A stretch of DNA of 45,390 nucleotides from NCBI GenBank assembly GCA_046075565.1, contig JBJTQJ010000046.1, positions 1 to 45,390 of the forward strand, read 5' to 3'. A program made the translations under genes and the position numbers. Shown piece by piece: positions 1 through 8,827 of the stretch. Every line of letters begins with the position of its first letter. Positions within the stretch are counted from its first letter, which is position 1. This DNA comes from Verrucomicrobiales bacterium (GTDB taxonomy: Bacteria > Verrucomicrobiota > Verrucomicrobiia > Verrucomicrobiales > SLCJ01). Under the pieces are notes generated by a model. It was not told the origin of the DNA. It did no database searches and saw nothing but the letters and a program-made list of their open reading frames with translations.

Positions 1-572
1 ACCTTGATGGAGACATCCACATTGGCATTCCATGGATGACCGTCGAAGTATGCCCCGATCATGAATCCGAATTCCGGCCATTCATAGAACGTATCGGTCG
101 CGGCATGGATACCAACGAAGCCTTTGCCGGAACGGATGAAGGTAAGCAGGTTGGCCCGCAAGCGAAGTTCGCGTTCCTTCACTTCCGCACGGGCCGCTTC
201 GTCCATCTTCTCCCACTCTTCTTTCGCGGGCATAAAGACATTCTGCGTCGTGTTGTTGAAAACCACGACGTCAAAGGCATCGAGTTTGTCCTTCTCGAAA
301 TTCGCGAGGTCATCACTGGTCACGGCGGTAAAGGCCCCGGTTTTTTTGCCCATTTCTTCAAGCGCGGCGACGCCCCAGGGGATCGACTGGTGGCGGAATC
401 CGCGCGTCACACTGAAAACGAGAATTTTCCGGGCTTGTTTCGGCTCGGCGAAGGCTTTTTCCGGGATGGCGGCTGCGATTTTGGCCCGGTCCAGTTTTTC
501 GGACGCCGTAAGCGGAATTATGGGGACCGAGGCAAGGACCAACGCATGAAGAATGAGGAAGCGACGGAGCAT
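1..572 (-). CDS. ThuA-like (trehalose utilisation / class I glutamine amidotransferase-like) domain secreted protein, 3' end runs off the window
   Basis: Not in the ORF track because it has no stop in the window. Manual translation from ATG at 572: [23 protein letters not shown] (signal peptide)...[20 protein letters not shown]...[10 protein letters not shown]...[31 protein letters not shown], typical ThuA-family motifs. Confidence 0.85.
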   Translation of the reverse strand, partial: MLRRFLILHALVLASVPIIPLTASEKLDRAKIAAAIPEKAFAEPKQARKILVFSVTRGFRHQSIPWGVAALEEMGKKTGAFTAVTSDDLANFEKDKLDAFDVVVFNNTTQNVFMPAKEEWEKMDEAARAEVKERELRLRANLLTFIRSGKGFVGIHAATDTFYEWPEFGFMIGAYFDGHPWNANVDVSIK

Positions 573-727
573 AGGGGGAAAATTTCGCATCCGGCACCCG
601 GCTTGCAAGACCTCTTTCTGAGGGGCATTTCGGGGGAGGAATTCGGGATTGCGCCTCCCCCATGGTTGGCCTAATTATCTTCCGGCGATTCGTCGACCCA
701 ACCCCGAGCACCCAAACATCGTTTCAA

Positions 728-1975
728 ATGGACCGTCGTGTTGTGATTACAGGCATGGGCGTGGTTTCCCCGCTGGGGAACGACGCGGATACTTTTTGGC
801 AGAATCTCTCGGCGGGCCGCAGCGGCATTGGTCTGATCCAGCAGATGGACACCACCCAGTATGATTGCAAAATCGGGGGCGAGGTGCGGGATTTCGACCC
901 GGCGGCGCATTTCAATAACCCGAAGGACGCGCGCCGGACCGACCGGAACATCCAACTCGGCATGGCAGCGGCGAGAATGGCCTGGAAAAATGCCGGACTG
1001 ACGGCCGATGCCATCGACCCGACCCGCTTCGGGGTCATGGTTGGCAGCGGCATCGGCGGGCTCAGCACCCTCGAAGACCAGCACAGCAACCTGATTTTGA
1101 AGAGCCCGGCCCGGGTTTCGCCATTCACCATTCCGATGCTCATCGCGAACATGTGCAGTGGTTTGGTTTCCATCGAATTGGGCCTATCCGGGCCGAACAT
1201 GGCCATCGTCACGGCCTGCGCGACCTCGAACCACAGCATCGGGGAAGCATGGCGGATCATCAAATTCGGGGACGCCGACGCTTTCCTCGCCGGGGGCTGC
1301 GAGGCGACCATCCTGCCCATGGGCCTGGCCGGTTTCGGAAACATGCGGGCTTTGAGCCTCCGCAACGACGATCCGCAAGCGGCCTCACGACCCTTCGACA
1401 AACACCGCGATGGCTTTGTCATGGGCGAAGGTTCCGGCGTTTTGGTGATCGAAGAGTTGGAACAGGCTCGCAAACGCGGTGCCAACATTCTTGCCGAACT
1501 GGTCGGCTATGGCATGTCGGCGGATGCCTACCACCTTTCCGCACCGCATCCCGATGGTTCGGGAGCCACGCGCTGTATGGAAATGGCCCTTCGCCACGCG
1601 AAACTCGCGCCCGAGCAGGTGCAATACGTCAATGCCCATGGCACGTCGACACCGCTCGGCGACATCGGCGAAACAAAAGCCATCAAGAAAGTTTTCGGCG
1701 CCCATGCCAAATCCGGACTCGTGGTCTCCTCGACCAAGTCCATGACCGGCCACCTTCTCGGCGCAGCGGGCGGAGTTGAAGCCATCGCATGTATCAATGC
1801 CATCCGCCACGGACTCGTCCCGCCCACCATCAATCAGGTCGAGGCCGATCCGGAATGTGATCTCGATTACGTGCCGAATGTGGCGCGCGAGATGAAGGTC
1901 GATGCCGCCTTGAGCAACTCCTTCGGATTCGGCGGCCACAATGCCTCTTTGTTGATCCAACGATTCAACGGCTGA
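728..1975 (+). CDS. fabF: 3-oxoacyl-[ACP] synthase II (beta-ketoacyl-ACP synthase II)
   Basis: RRVVITGMGVVSPLG start, catalytic TACATS, NAHGTST, KSMTGHLLGAAG and SNSFGFGGHN motifs. ATG at 728 chosen over the longer ORF start at 662. Confidence 0.96.
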   Translation: MDRRVVITGMGVVSPLGNDADTFWQNLSAGRSGIGLIQQMDTTQYDCKIGGEVRDFDPAAHFNNPKDARRTDRNIQLGMAAARMAWKNAGLTADAIDPTRFGVMVGSGIGGLSTLEDQHSNLILKSPARVSPFTIPMLIANMCSGLVSIELGLSGPNMAIVTACATSNHSIGEAWRIIKFGDADAFLAGGCEATILPMGLAGFGNMRALSLRNDDPQAASRPFDKHRDGFVMGEGSGVLVIEELEQARKRGANILAELVGYGMSADAYHLSAPHPDGSGATRCMEMALRHAKLAPEQVQYVNAHGTSTPLGDIGETKAIKKVFGAHAKSGLVVSSTKSMTGHLLGAAGGVEAIACINAIRHGLVPPTINQVEADPECDLDYVPNVAREMKVDAALSNSFGFGGHNASLLIQRFNG

Positions 1976-2580
1976 TGAAGTCCCGCCGCCGCCACCTCGC
2001 GCTTGTTTTGGCTCTGGCCACGGGCTTGTCCGGGGTACTCACCTTCACCGGGTGCGAGTCATTACGGGGAGCGGGAAAGAAAAAGGTTCCGGTTCTGGTC
2101 GTACCACCGGAGCTCGCCTTGCCGGGCACCATGGTGGTGTATATGCCGAAGATCGTCTCGGCCGCCAAACAACAGAGCGGCGACCCGATTTACGGGAACT
2201 GGGCGAATGCCCTCATGGGCTACGTGGACGAAAGCACCTTCGTGCAGACCATCCTCGACCGCGGGCGCATCCTTAATTCGAGCACGCACCTTTCGTCAAA
2301 GTCCATCCCTTCTTCGGATTACTCCGTCCTGCTGGTCGGTGCCGAAGGAAGGGCCGTTCATGTCCAGGAGCCCTGGCAATCGACCCAGCTTTTCCTCATG
2401 GTTGACGAATACCTACGTGGCAAAGCGTCTCTGAAGAATCTCCCACCGGGGAGCGAGGCCGTGCGCGTGACGACCAAACGTTTGGAAGAAAAGAAGGAAC
2501 AACCGGACGATCTGGCCCCGGCCCCTGAAGGCAATCCACCGGCCCCGGCGGCGAAGCCGGAAGAAAAATCCGAGGGGTGA
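1975..2580 (+). CDS. Hypothetical lipoprotein
   Basis: Start overlaps the fabF stop (TGATG). Basic N-terminus, hydrophobic stretch and lipobox-like LTFTGC; Pro/Glu-rich tail. Confidence 0.7.
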   Translation: MKSRRRHLALVLALATGLSGVLTFTGCESLRGAGKKKVPVLVVPPELALPGTMVVYMPKIVSAAKQQSGDPIYGNWANALMGYVDESTFVQTILDRGRILNSSTHLSSKSIPSSDYSVLLVGAEGRAVHVQEPWQSTQLFLMVDEYLRGKASLKNLPPGSEAVRVTTKRLEEKKEQPDDLAPAPEGNPPAPAAKPEEKSEG

Positions 2581-2668
2581 GAGAGCAGGAACTCCGGGAG
2601 AGTGGAACGTTTTTCTTTCCGTCTTACGGGATCCGTGTTAGACTTCCCCTTCCCCGCGTTACTCCGCC

Positions 2669-3583
2669 ATGAAGAATCTTCTCGGGCTCCGCCACCTCAC
2701 CGCAGCACAAATCGAACACCTGGTTGACCGGGGACTCGCCGCCAAGGCGGATCGAGGACGCGCGAACTCCCCCACCCCGCTGGCCGGACAGTGCTGGGCG
2801 ATGATCTTCTCCAAATCCTCGACCCGCACGCGGGTGAGTTTCGAAGTCGGCGTGCGTGAACTCGGCGGCAATGCCATGTATCTTTCCGCCCGCGACCTGC
2901 AACTCGGACGCGGGGAACCCATCGAGGACACCGCACGTGTCATGGGACGTATGGTCCATGGTGCCATCATCCGGACCTACGCGCAAAGCGAGGTCGATGA
3001 CTTCGCGCGCTTCAGCTGCGTCCCGACCATCAACGCCCTAACAGACGAAGAGCACCCATGCCAGGTCCTGGCCGACCTCATGACCATCAAAGAGCTCATC
3101 GGAGGATGGGAGGGCCGCAGGGTGGCCTTCCTCGGCGACGGGGACAACAACATGGCGCGCTCGTGGATGTGGGCCTCGGCCCGCCTCGGATTCCCGCTCG
3201 TCATCGCCGCCCCGCCGGGTTGCCAGCCCAAAGCGGAAGACATGAAAAATTTCCAAGGCACATCCGTTTCGGTCACCGATGATGTGGAATCCGCCGTGGC
3301 GGGCGCGGATGTTCTTTACACCGATGTCTGGGTGAGCATGGGCCAAGAGTCCAACAGCGATCAGGCGCGCGAGGATTCCTTGTTGCCATATCAAATCAAC
3401 CGGCAACTCGTCGCCAAAGCCAACCCAGGGGCGCTCGTCCTCCACTGCCTGCCCGCCTACCGTGGAAAAGAAATCACCGCTGAAACCCTCGAGGCACATG
3501 CGGAGACGATCTTCACCGAAGCGGAAAACCGACTGCACGTCCAGAAAGCCGTAATGGCAGAACTGGCCCGCTCCCGGGGATGA
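2669..3583 (+). CDS. argF: Ornithine carbamoyltransferase
   Basis: FSKSSTRTRVSFE, HPCQ, DVWVSMG and HCLP motifs. Confidence 0.95.
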   Translation: MKNLLGLRHLTAAQIEHLVDRGLAAKADRGRANSPTPLAGQCWAMIFSKSSTRTRVSFEVGVRELGGNAMYLSARDLQLGRGEPIEDTARVMGRMVHGAIIRTYAQSEVDDFARFSCVPTINALTDEEHPCQVLADLMTIKELIGGWEGRRVAFLGDGDNNMARSWMWASARLGFPLVIAAPPGCQPKAEDMKNFQGTSVSVTDDVESAVAGADVLYTDVWVSMGQESNSDQAREDSLLPYQINRQLVAKANPGALVLHCLPAYRGKEITAETLEAHAETIFTEAENRLHVQKAVMAELARSRG

Positions 3584-3589
3584 CCGCCA

Positions 3590-3767
3590 AGCCCGCATAT
3601 CTCACACCTTTCGTAACGAGGCGCGGGGATTTCCCGGTGTGGCAAGGCGCGCGCGGCGAGCGACGATGGGCTGTATGGGAACATACTGCCCGAGGCGCGA
3701 GCAAACGCAACGCCGCCACGACGGGAAAGAACAAGCCGCAGTAGAACGGGTGTGAGATATGCGGGCT
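3590..3767. mobile_element. MITE-like non-autonomous element with perfect 19-bp terminal inverted repeats
   Basis: AGCCCGCATATCTCACACC (3590-3608) and its exact reverse complement GGTGTGAGATATGCGGGCT (3749-3767). 178 bp, no credible ORF, lies between convergent genes. Confidence 0.7.
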
Positions 3768-3827
3768 AGGGCCTTTCGTTCCCTGCTCTACTGAGCGGAT
3801 CATTGGCTGCCGGGCCGCACCTTCGGG

Positions 3828-4904
3828 CTACTGCGCGTCGCCACCCGCTAGATCCTCATCCGTGCCCTTCCGGAAAAGGAGGGAGACAACAACAGCGAGC
3901 GCCAGTGTGCCAAGGATGAGTGCCAGAGAAATACCGATGGGGAATTTCCCTCCCGCCAGATGATTGAGCAGGAGCATCTTCAATCCCACGAACGAAAGGA
4001 TGAGGCCGAGTCCGTATTTGAGGGCCCAGAAGCGGTTCATCAGCTCGGCCAGCAGGAAGTAGAGTGAACGCAGGCCGAGAATGGCGAACAAGTTCGAGGT
4101 GAAAACAATCAACGGCTCGCTCGTGATGGCGAAAATCGCGGGAACGGAATCCACGGCAAACACGATGTCCGTGACTTCCATACACGCGAGACAAACGAGA
4201 AGCGGAGTCGCGTGCCGGATCCCGTGGATGTGCACGATGAATTTTTGTCCGTGCAGTTCAGGGGTCACCGGCATCCATCGCTTCAGGAGCCCGATGATCG
4301 GATTCTTCTCCGGTTCCGGATGGTTATCTCCCCCGAAAAGGATTTTACCTCCCGTGTAAATCAGGAAAGCACCGAAGACCCACTGGACCCAGTGGAATTG
4401 CATGAGCCCGGCGCCGATGGCAATGAAGATACCTCGGAAAACCAGCGCTCCAAGGATACCGAAAAAAAGCACGCGATGCTGATAGGCCCGCGGAATGCCG
4501 AAATACCCGAAGATTAGGATGAAAACAAAGAGGTTGTCCACGGACAGGCTCTGCTCGATGACATACCCCGTGAGGAATTCCAAGGCGCACTGATCAGCAA
4601 CCTGCAAGGACGCTTCCTTCCATCCGCTTTCGGGAATTCCCATCGAAGCGAAGTGGGCGAGCAGCCCGTCGTGGTGGGCGAGGTTGGCCCGGCAAAATTG
4701 CCAGAAACCGAACGCGAAAACCATGGCGAGACTAATCCATATCACTGACCAGACGGCGGCTTCCTTGAATTTTACCTCGTGGGCCTTGCGGTGGAAGACA
4801 CCGAGGTCGAGCACCAGCACACCAATGACAAACGCGATAAAGACAAGGTAAAACCACCAATAGGTGGCAAAGGGAAACAACGCGAGACCGGGTGTGATAT
4901 GCAC
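3828..4904 (-). CDS. TerC/Alx family membrane protein (Mn2+/metal homeostasis)
   Basis: LDLGVFHRKAHEV, EFLTGYVIEQSLSVDNLFVF, QHRVLFFGILGALVFRG, DIVFAVDSVPAIFAIT and FTSNLFAILGLRSLYF motifs. Start (GTG 4904) uncertain; the ORF extends to 4973. Confidence 0.92.
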   Translation of the reverse strand: MHITPGLALFPFATYWWFYLVFIAFVIGVLVLDLGVFHRKAHEVKFKEAAVWSVIWISLAMVFAFGFWQFCRANLAHHDGLLAHFASMGIPESGWKEASLQVADQCALEFLTGYVIEQSLSVDNLFVFILIFGYFGIPRAYQHRVLFFGILGALVFRGIFIAIGAGLMQFHWVQWVFGAFLIYTGGKILFGGDNHPEPEKNPIIGLLKRWMPVTPELHGQKFIVHIHGIRHATPLLVCLACMEVTDIVFAVDSVPAIFAITSEPLIVFTSNLFAILGLRSLYFLLAELMNRFWALKYGLGLILSFVGLKMLLLNHLAGGKFPIGISLALILGTLALAVVVSLLFRKGTDEDLAGGDAQ

Positions 4905-4971
4905 GGGGACCGACTTATAAGGCGTCTGAAGGCCGGGCGCAACGCGGAAGAATGAAGCCCCTGACCCGCGC

Positions 4972-5009
4972 AAACCAAAACGCCCTCTCCGCGCGGGCAG
5001 AGAGGGCGT
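4972..5009 (-). terminator. Intrinsic terminator of the 5041-6285 gene
   Basis: 10-bp stem ACGCCCTCTC/GAGAGGGCGT (4980-5009) followed on the minus strand by TTTGGTTT, about 30 bp after the stop. Confidence 0.7.
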
Positions 5010-5040
5010 CGGCTTGTAGGGAGTGTCTCAGGCTCCTTTT

Positions 5041-6285
5041 TCAATTCGGGCTTGGAACAACCAGGCGCGCGAAATTCTCGTCTCCGGCGGATGGGATGGT
5101 GACATTCACCCGATCCGTTGTCGCATTGAAATAGTCCGTATCCACGGTGATAACGACTCCTCCGGAGCCATGGACCGCCGTGGTCCATGGTCCGACGAGA
5201 TCGGCATCATGCTGGACGAACGGGTTTAGGTAAGAGGATGCATCGGTGCGGCGGAAGCGGAAGATGAGATTGCCGCCGCTCCGCTCGATGGTCGGAAGTT
5301 TGCCAGCCTCGGTCGCGAGATTGGGATTGCCGCCGATCACGAACTCCACTCCATTGGGGATTCCGTCCTTCTCCATATCGGCATTACCGGCGCGATCCGC
5401 ACCGACGAGCGAGTTGGTATTCGCCCACGTCTCGTAGGCGCTGGTGGCACCCGAACTGGTTAGGAATGAAACCTTGCCGTTTTGATCAACGACGATGGTT
5501 CCTTCGAGCGTACCCAGACGGACAGTTTGGCCTTGCCCTACTTGGCCAGGGATAGTGCTACGCGCCTGGATGCGGTAGAGATCGAGAGCGAATTCCACGT
5601 TGCTCACCGGTCCGAAAGTCCCGAGACCGACCGCACCGCCCTGTTGCTGCACACCGCCGGAGAAAACACCGAAGGCGGTATTCTGAAATGTCGTCGCCCC
5701 GACGGTGAGGAAAGGATTCTTATCGTCGATCTCCGAAACGGACTTCGGCGATTCCGCCACGGCCACGCTGTAGCTGTTGTCAAAGGGTAGACCCATGGAG
5801 AAAATCGCACTGGCGGCCGTGCTCATCCCGGTATCGGTATTCAACGATGGCGTGCTGGACCCGGCTTGACCGAGCGTGCCGACGGACGAACGAGGCTGGC
5901 TGATGTACAGGGTGCGGTGGGGGTCACCGTTCTGCAAGGTGCTATTCGTTGCTGAAGTCCCCCAGACGGCGGCCAGACCGGCGTAGATATCGGTGCGGTC
6001 TTTCCAATTGGAGCCAAAGGTGCTGGTCAACTGTACCCCGAGATTGGCAATGTCGATGGCATTGGGCTTGTCCGCGGCGCCGGTTGCGGTGCCACGGAAG
6101 TTGTTAGCCGAAGAACCCAGGGAAACGTAGATGGTTTTACTGGCACCAGATGCGTCCTGCTCCTGGAAGTAGAGCATGAGATCTCCGGCGGCGAAAGATG
6201 GGTTGGCTTGGATTGCACATGGTGCCGAGATCAGCAAAGCCGCTGCGGCCACGGATTTCAAAAGAGGGAAGCAGGAATTCGTCAT
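5041..6285 (-). CDS. Secreted/surface protein with a verrucomicrobial-type C-terminal domain
   Basis: Signal peptide MTNSCFPLLKSVAAAALLISAPCAIQA; Ser/Thr/Gly-rich beta-type body; C-terminal module AYETWA...DMEKDGIPNGVEFVIGGNP...FRFRR...FARLVV. ATG 6285 preferred over 6486. Confidence 0.8.
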   Translation of the reverse strand: MTNSCFPLLKSVAAAALLISAPCAIQANPSFAAGDLMLYFQEQDASGASKTIYVSLGSSANNFRGTATGAADKPNAIDIANLGVQLTSTFGSNWKDRTDIYAGLAAVWGTSATNSTLQNGDPHRTLYISQPRSSVGTLGQAGSSTPSLNTDTGMSTAASAIFSMGLPFDNSYSVAVAESPKSVSEIDDKNPFLTVGATTFQNTAFGVFSGGVQQQGGAVGLGTFGPVSNVEFALDLYRIQARSTIPGQVGQGQTVRLGTLEGTIVVDQNGKVSFLTSSGATSAYETWANTNSLVGADRAGNADMEKDGIPNGVEFVIGGNPNLATEAGKLPTIERSGGNLIFRFRRTDASSYLNPFVQHDADLVGPWTTAVHGSGGVVITVDTDYFNATTDRVNVTIPSAGDENFARLVVPSPN

Positions 6286-6397
6286 GGGATTGATGATTTT
6301 TTGTTTATTCGTCAAAACCGGAATCTGGCACGACTTCGGGCATTCCGGTTTCAGCATGGGAAGATTATGCGACGAACAAACAGCCGACCATTTCCTT

Positions 6398-6454
6398 TTG
6401 GTTACGTTGTTGTCACACGGGAACGACGAGCAGCGAATGTCACGAAATCGGCAC
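6398..6454 (+). promoter_or_regulatory. Candidate OmpR/PhoB-family operator sites (GTNAC-N6-GNCAC direct repeats) in the divergent promoter region
   Basis: GTTAC-gttgtt-GTCAC (6401-6416) and GTCAC-gaaatc-GGCAC (6439-6454), each with an 11-bp period, in a relatively AT-rich 319-bp intergenic region. Confidence 0.45.
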
Positions 6455-6604
6455 ATGATTGTTGTGGCCATTTCCTGAATCTCCATGCGATAATCACGGT
6501 GCTCTTATCCGGCATTATCATCATGATGGAATGAGCGAAAAATGTGACCACAGGAAAGCCCTAGTTGCAATACACATCCAATACATTTGCCATCCAAACA
6601 TCCC

Positions 6605-7963
6605 ATGAAACTGACCAAAATCGCCACCAGCGCTTTCGCGCTCACCCTCACCACCGCCGCCCTCCGGGCCGATGTCTCCGTTGAAATCACCGGTGCCACC
6701 GCTTACCGCCAGGCCGTGCTCAACACCATCAAGGCCCGCTTTGATGCATCAGGCGTGGCCTACCGCTACGCGCACGATCAGGCCGCGGGCAGCTTCAACC
6801 TTTCCACCCGCGCAATTTTCAAGGGCACATTCCCCGGTATCAGCGGTGTCACGACCATCCGCACTTCCTTCAATGGATCGGTGGAGGGCATCGACGCACT
6901 CGTGAACAGCCCATCCGCCAACCCGACCTATTACACCGATATTGCGGGCAATCTGGTCACTCCGGCGGCCATCAACGGCGGCGAGACCCATACCTCGACC
7001 CCAGGATTCGCGAAAACCACGGCTGCGGCCCAATCCGATATCGCATTTTCCGATGTTTCCAAAGCCGTAACGCCCTTCGCCGCAGCGCCACTGGTCACGC
7101 CGACCGGTGGCTCATCGGTGGGTGTGGTCGTCTTCACCATGATTGCGAACGAAGGTAGCCCGTTAACCAACATCTCCAGTCAGCAATTCCGTGCCCTCTT
7201 TACCAAGGGTTTCCAGCCCCTGAGTCTCTTCACCGGCGTGTCCGCCGATGATCCGGCCGCCCCGGCCCCGAGCACGAACGCCCAGTATATCTTTGCCACC
7301 GGACGAAATGATGGCTCTGGAACCCGCACCACGTATCTAGCGGAAACCGGTTATGGAGTCACCGAATTGGTCAACCAGTATATAGCCACCGCCACTTCCG
7401 GCGACACCATCACCACGCTCCGCCTGGTGCCTGCGGGAAATGGTGCCAACGCCTCCACGGTGTGGGGACAAGATGTGGATGGCAACGGGGGATACAGCAG
7501 TGGCTCGACCCTGCGCGGCGACATGGCCAGGGAAACCGGATCGGTCACAGTGCTCGATGCCACTGACACGGATGCCTTCGCAGGCCCCATCAAACTCTCA
7601 CTGGTCACCTTCCTTTCGCTAGGCGACGCCGTGAGCTCGCGCGGCACGGTTCTGAACGAAGGAGGAAAGTTCCTTTCCTTCAATGGTGTTGGCCTAACCA
7701 CCATGTCTTCGGTCACCGCCAATAATGACATCAACCATGCCACCAATGCCGCCGACAAGGCCAAGGTGACCAGCGGTGCCTACACCGCATGGAGCTACCA
7801 GAACATGTATTTGCGCGCCGGCCTCAGCAGCGGCGACGAATTCAGCATCGCCAACAGCCTTAAGACGAATCTCAACACCGGAACAACCCTCGGCTCCGCC
7901 GGGATCAAGATTGGCGATATGGCCGCCGGTCGGGAAACCGATGGCGGTACGGTCGCGCCTTGA
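6605..7963 (+). CDS. Secreted PstS/DING-like (periplasmic binding protein type 2 fold) protein
   Basis: Signal peptide MKLTKIATSAFALTLTTAALRA. Collinear PstS-like motifs ITGATAY, DIAFSDV, GVVVFTMIAN, LTNISSQQFRALF, GRNDGSGTRTTY and GAYTAWSYQNMY. Confidence 0.7.
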   Translation: MKLTKIATSAFALTLTTAALRADVSVEITGATAYRQAVLNTIKARFDASGVAYRYAHDQAAGSFNLSTRAIFKGTFPGISGVTTIRTSFNGSVEGIDALVNSPSANPTYYTDIAGNLVTPAAINGGETHTSTPGFAKTTAAAQSDIAFSDVSKAVTPFAAAPLVTPTGGSSVGVVVFTMIANEGSPLTNISSQQFRALFTKGFQPLSLFTGVSADDPAAPAPSTNAQYIFATGRNDGSGTRTTYLAETGYGVTELVNQYIATATSGDTITTLRLVPAGNGANASTVWGQDVDGNGGYSSGSTLRGDMARETGSVTVLDATDTDAFAGPIKLSLVTFLSLGDAVSSRGTVLNEGGKFLSFNGVGLTTMSSVTANNDINHATNAADKAKVTSGAYTAWSYQNMYLRAGLSSGDEFSIANSLKTNLNTGTTLGSAGIKIGDMAAGRETDGGTVAP

Positions 7964-8023
7964 GGCCGATGCCTGTTGTTCCCCGGCTCACCCGCACGTT
8001 TGAGATTACTCAACAATCAACAC

Positions 8024-8062
8024 GCTGGCACCGGAGCGCATCCTCCGGTGCCAGCTTCATTT
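8024..8062 (+). terminator. Strong hairpin downstream of the PstS-like gene (terminator or mRNA-stabilising stem)
   Basis: Perfect 13-bp stem GCTGGCACCGGAG/CTCCGGTGCCAGC (8024-8055) followed by TTCATTT. Confidence 0.65.
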
Positions 8063-8078
8063 CCAATCAAGGAGACTC

Positions 8079-8810
8079 ATGAATCGAAGGAAGATCCTCC
8101 TCTGCCTCTTGTTCGTCGCACTGCTCGCAGCCATCTGGCACGCGGTCCATCCCGGTGGCGGCACCGGAGCAACCGACCAGCGGTTTGTGGCAAGCTTGCC
8201 ACCCCATTCGCCAGATCCCGTCGAATCACCCGAGGGGTTTCGTAAAAATGGAGCTATCTCCAAGGAGAAAAATCCCGCCGCCACCGCCATGAACACCTCC
8301 GGGACAACTTCACAACCCGCAGTGGAGTCTTTCCAAGCCAAGCCAGCACACCAGGAGCCATTCAAGACGTTTATGACTCATGTCCAGGTCAACCGGGAGA
8401 ATCCGGTGGTGCCTGAGGGCGTGGCCACAGGAACGATGGGGAGTTCCGTGGCGAGAGCGAGTGTGGATGAAGCACCGGGGAGACAGTTCCTTGAACTCGC
8501 CCCAGGAGTCCAGCTTCCGGCGATACTTGTGGATGAGACTCCCGGACGCACACCGCAGATCCAAGAGGCGAAGGAGAATCTGGCCCGTTCGTTCGAGAAA
8601 GAACTGACCGAAGCCCTTGTCTCGATTCCTGCCGGGGAAGAAAAACAATTGGCCAGGGCCTACCACCAGGCCCGCAAGCGCTCCGATGAACTTTACCGGG
8701 CCTTGTTCGGTGATGCCGCCTACAACAATCTGGGAATCCGCAAGGCCACCGAGGCGATCACCGCGGATGCCGCAACTGAACCACCTTCCGAAGCCCCGTC
8801 CAACCGCTGA
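8079..8810 (+). CDS. Hypothetical N-terminally membrane-anchored protein
   Basis: AGGAG RBS before the ATG; MNRRKILLCLLFVALLAAIW anchor, low-complexity linker, helical C-terminal region (ARKRSDELYRALFGDAAYN). Confidence 0.7.
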   Translation: MNRRKILLCLLFVALLAAIWHAVHPGGGTGATDQRFVASLPPHSPDPVESPEGFRKNGAISKEKNPAATAMNTSGTTSQPAVESFQAKPAHQEPFKTFMTHVQVNRENPVVPEGVATGTMGSSVARASVDEAPGRQFLELAPGVQLPAILVDETPGRTPQIQEAKENLARSFEKELTEALVSIPAGEEKQLARAYHQARKRSDELYRALFGDAAYNNLGIRKATEAITADAATEPPSEAPSNR

Positions 8811-8827
8811 GGTGATCTGTTGCCCGA

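Noticed and set aside
36-674. 212-aa plus-strand ORF
   Set aside because: Antisense shadow of the minus-strand ThuA-domain gene (572->1), which has clear family motifs.
4905-5040. yybP-ykoY manganese riboswitch upstream of the TerC/Alx gene
   Set aside because: Expected from the family, but I could not find its conserved elements; the only clear structure is the upstream gene's terminator.
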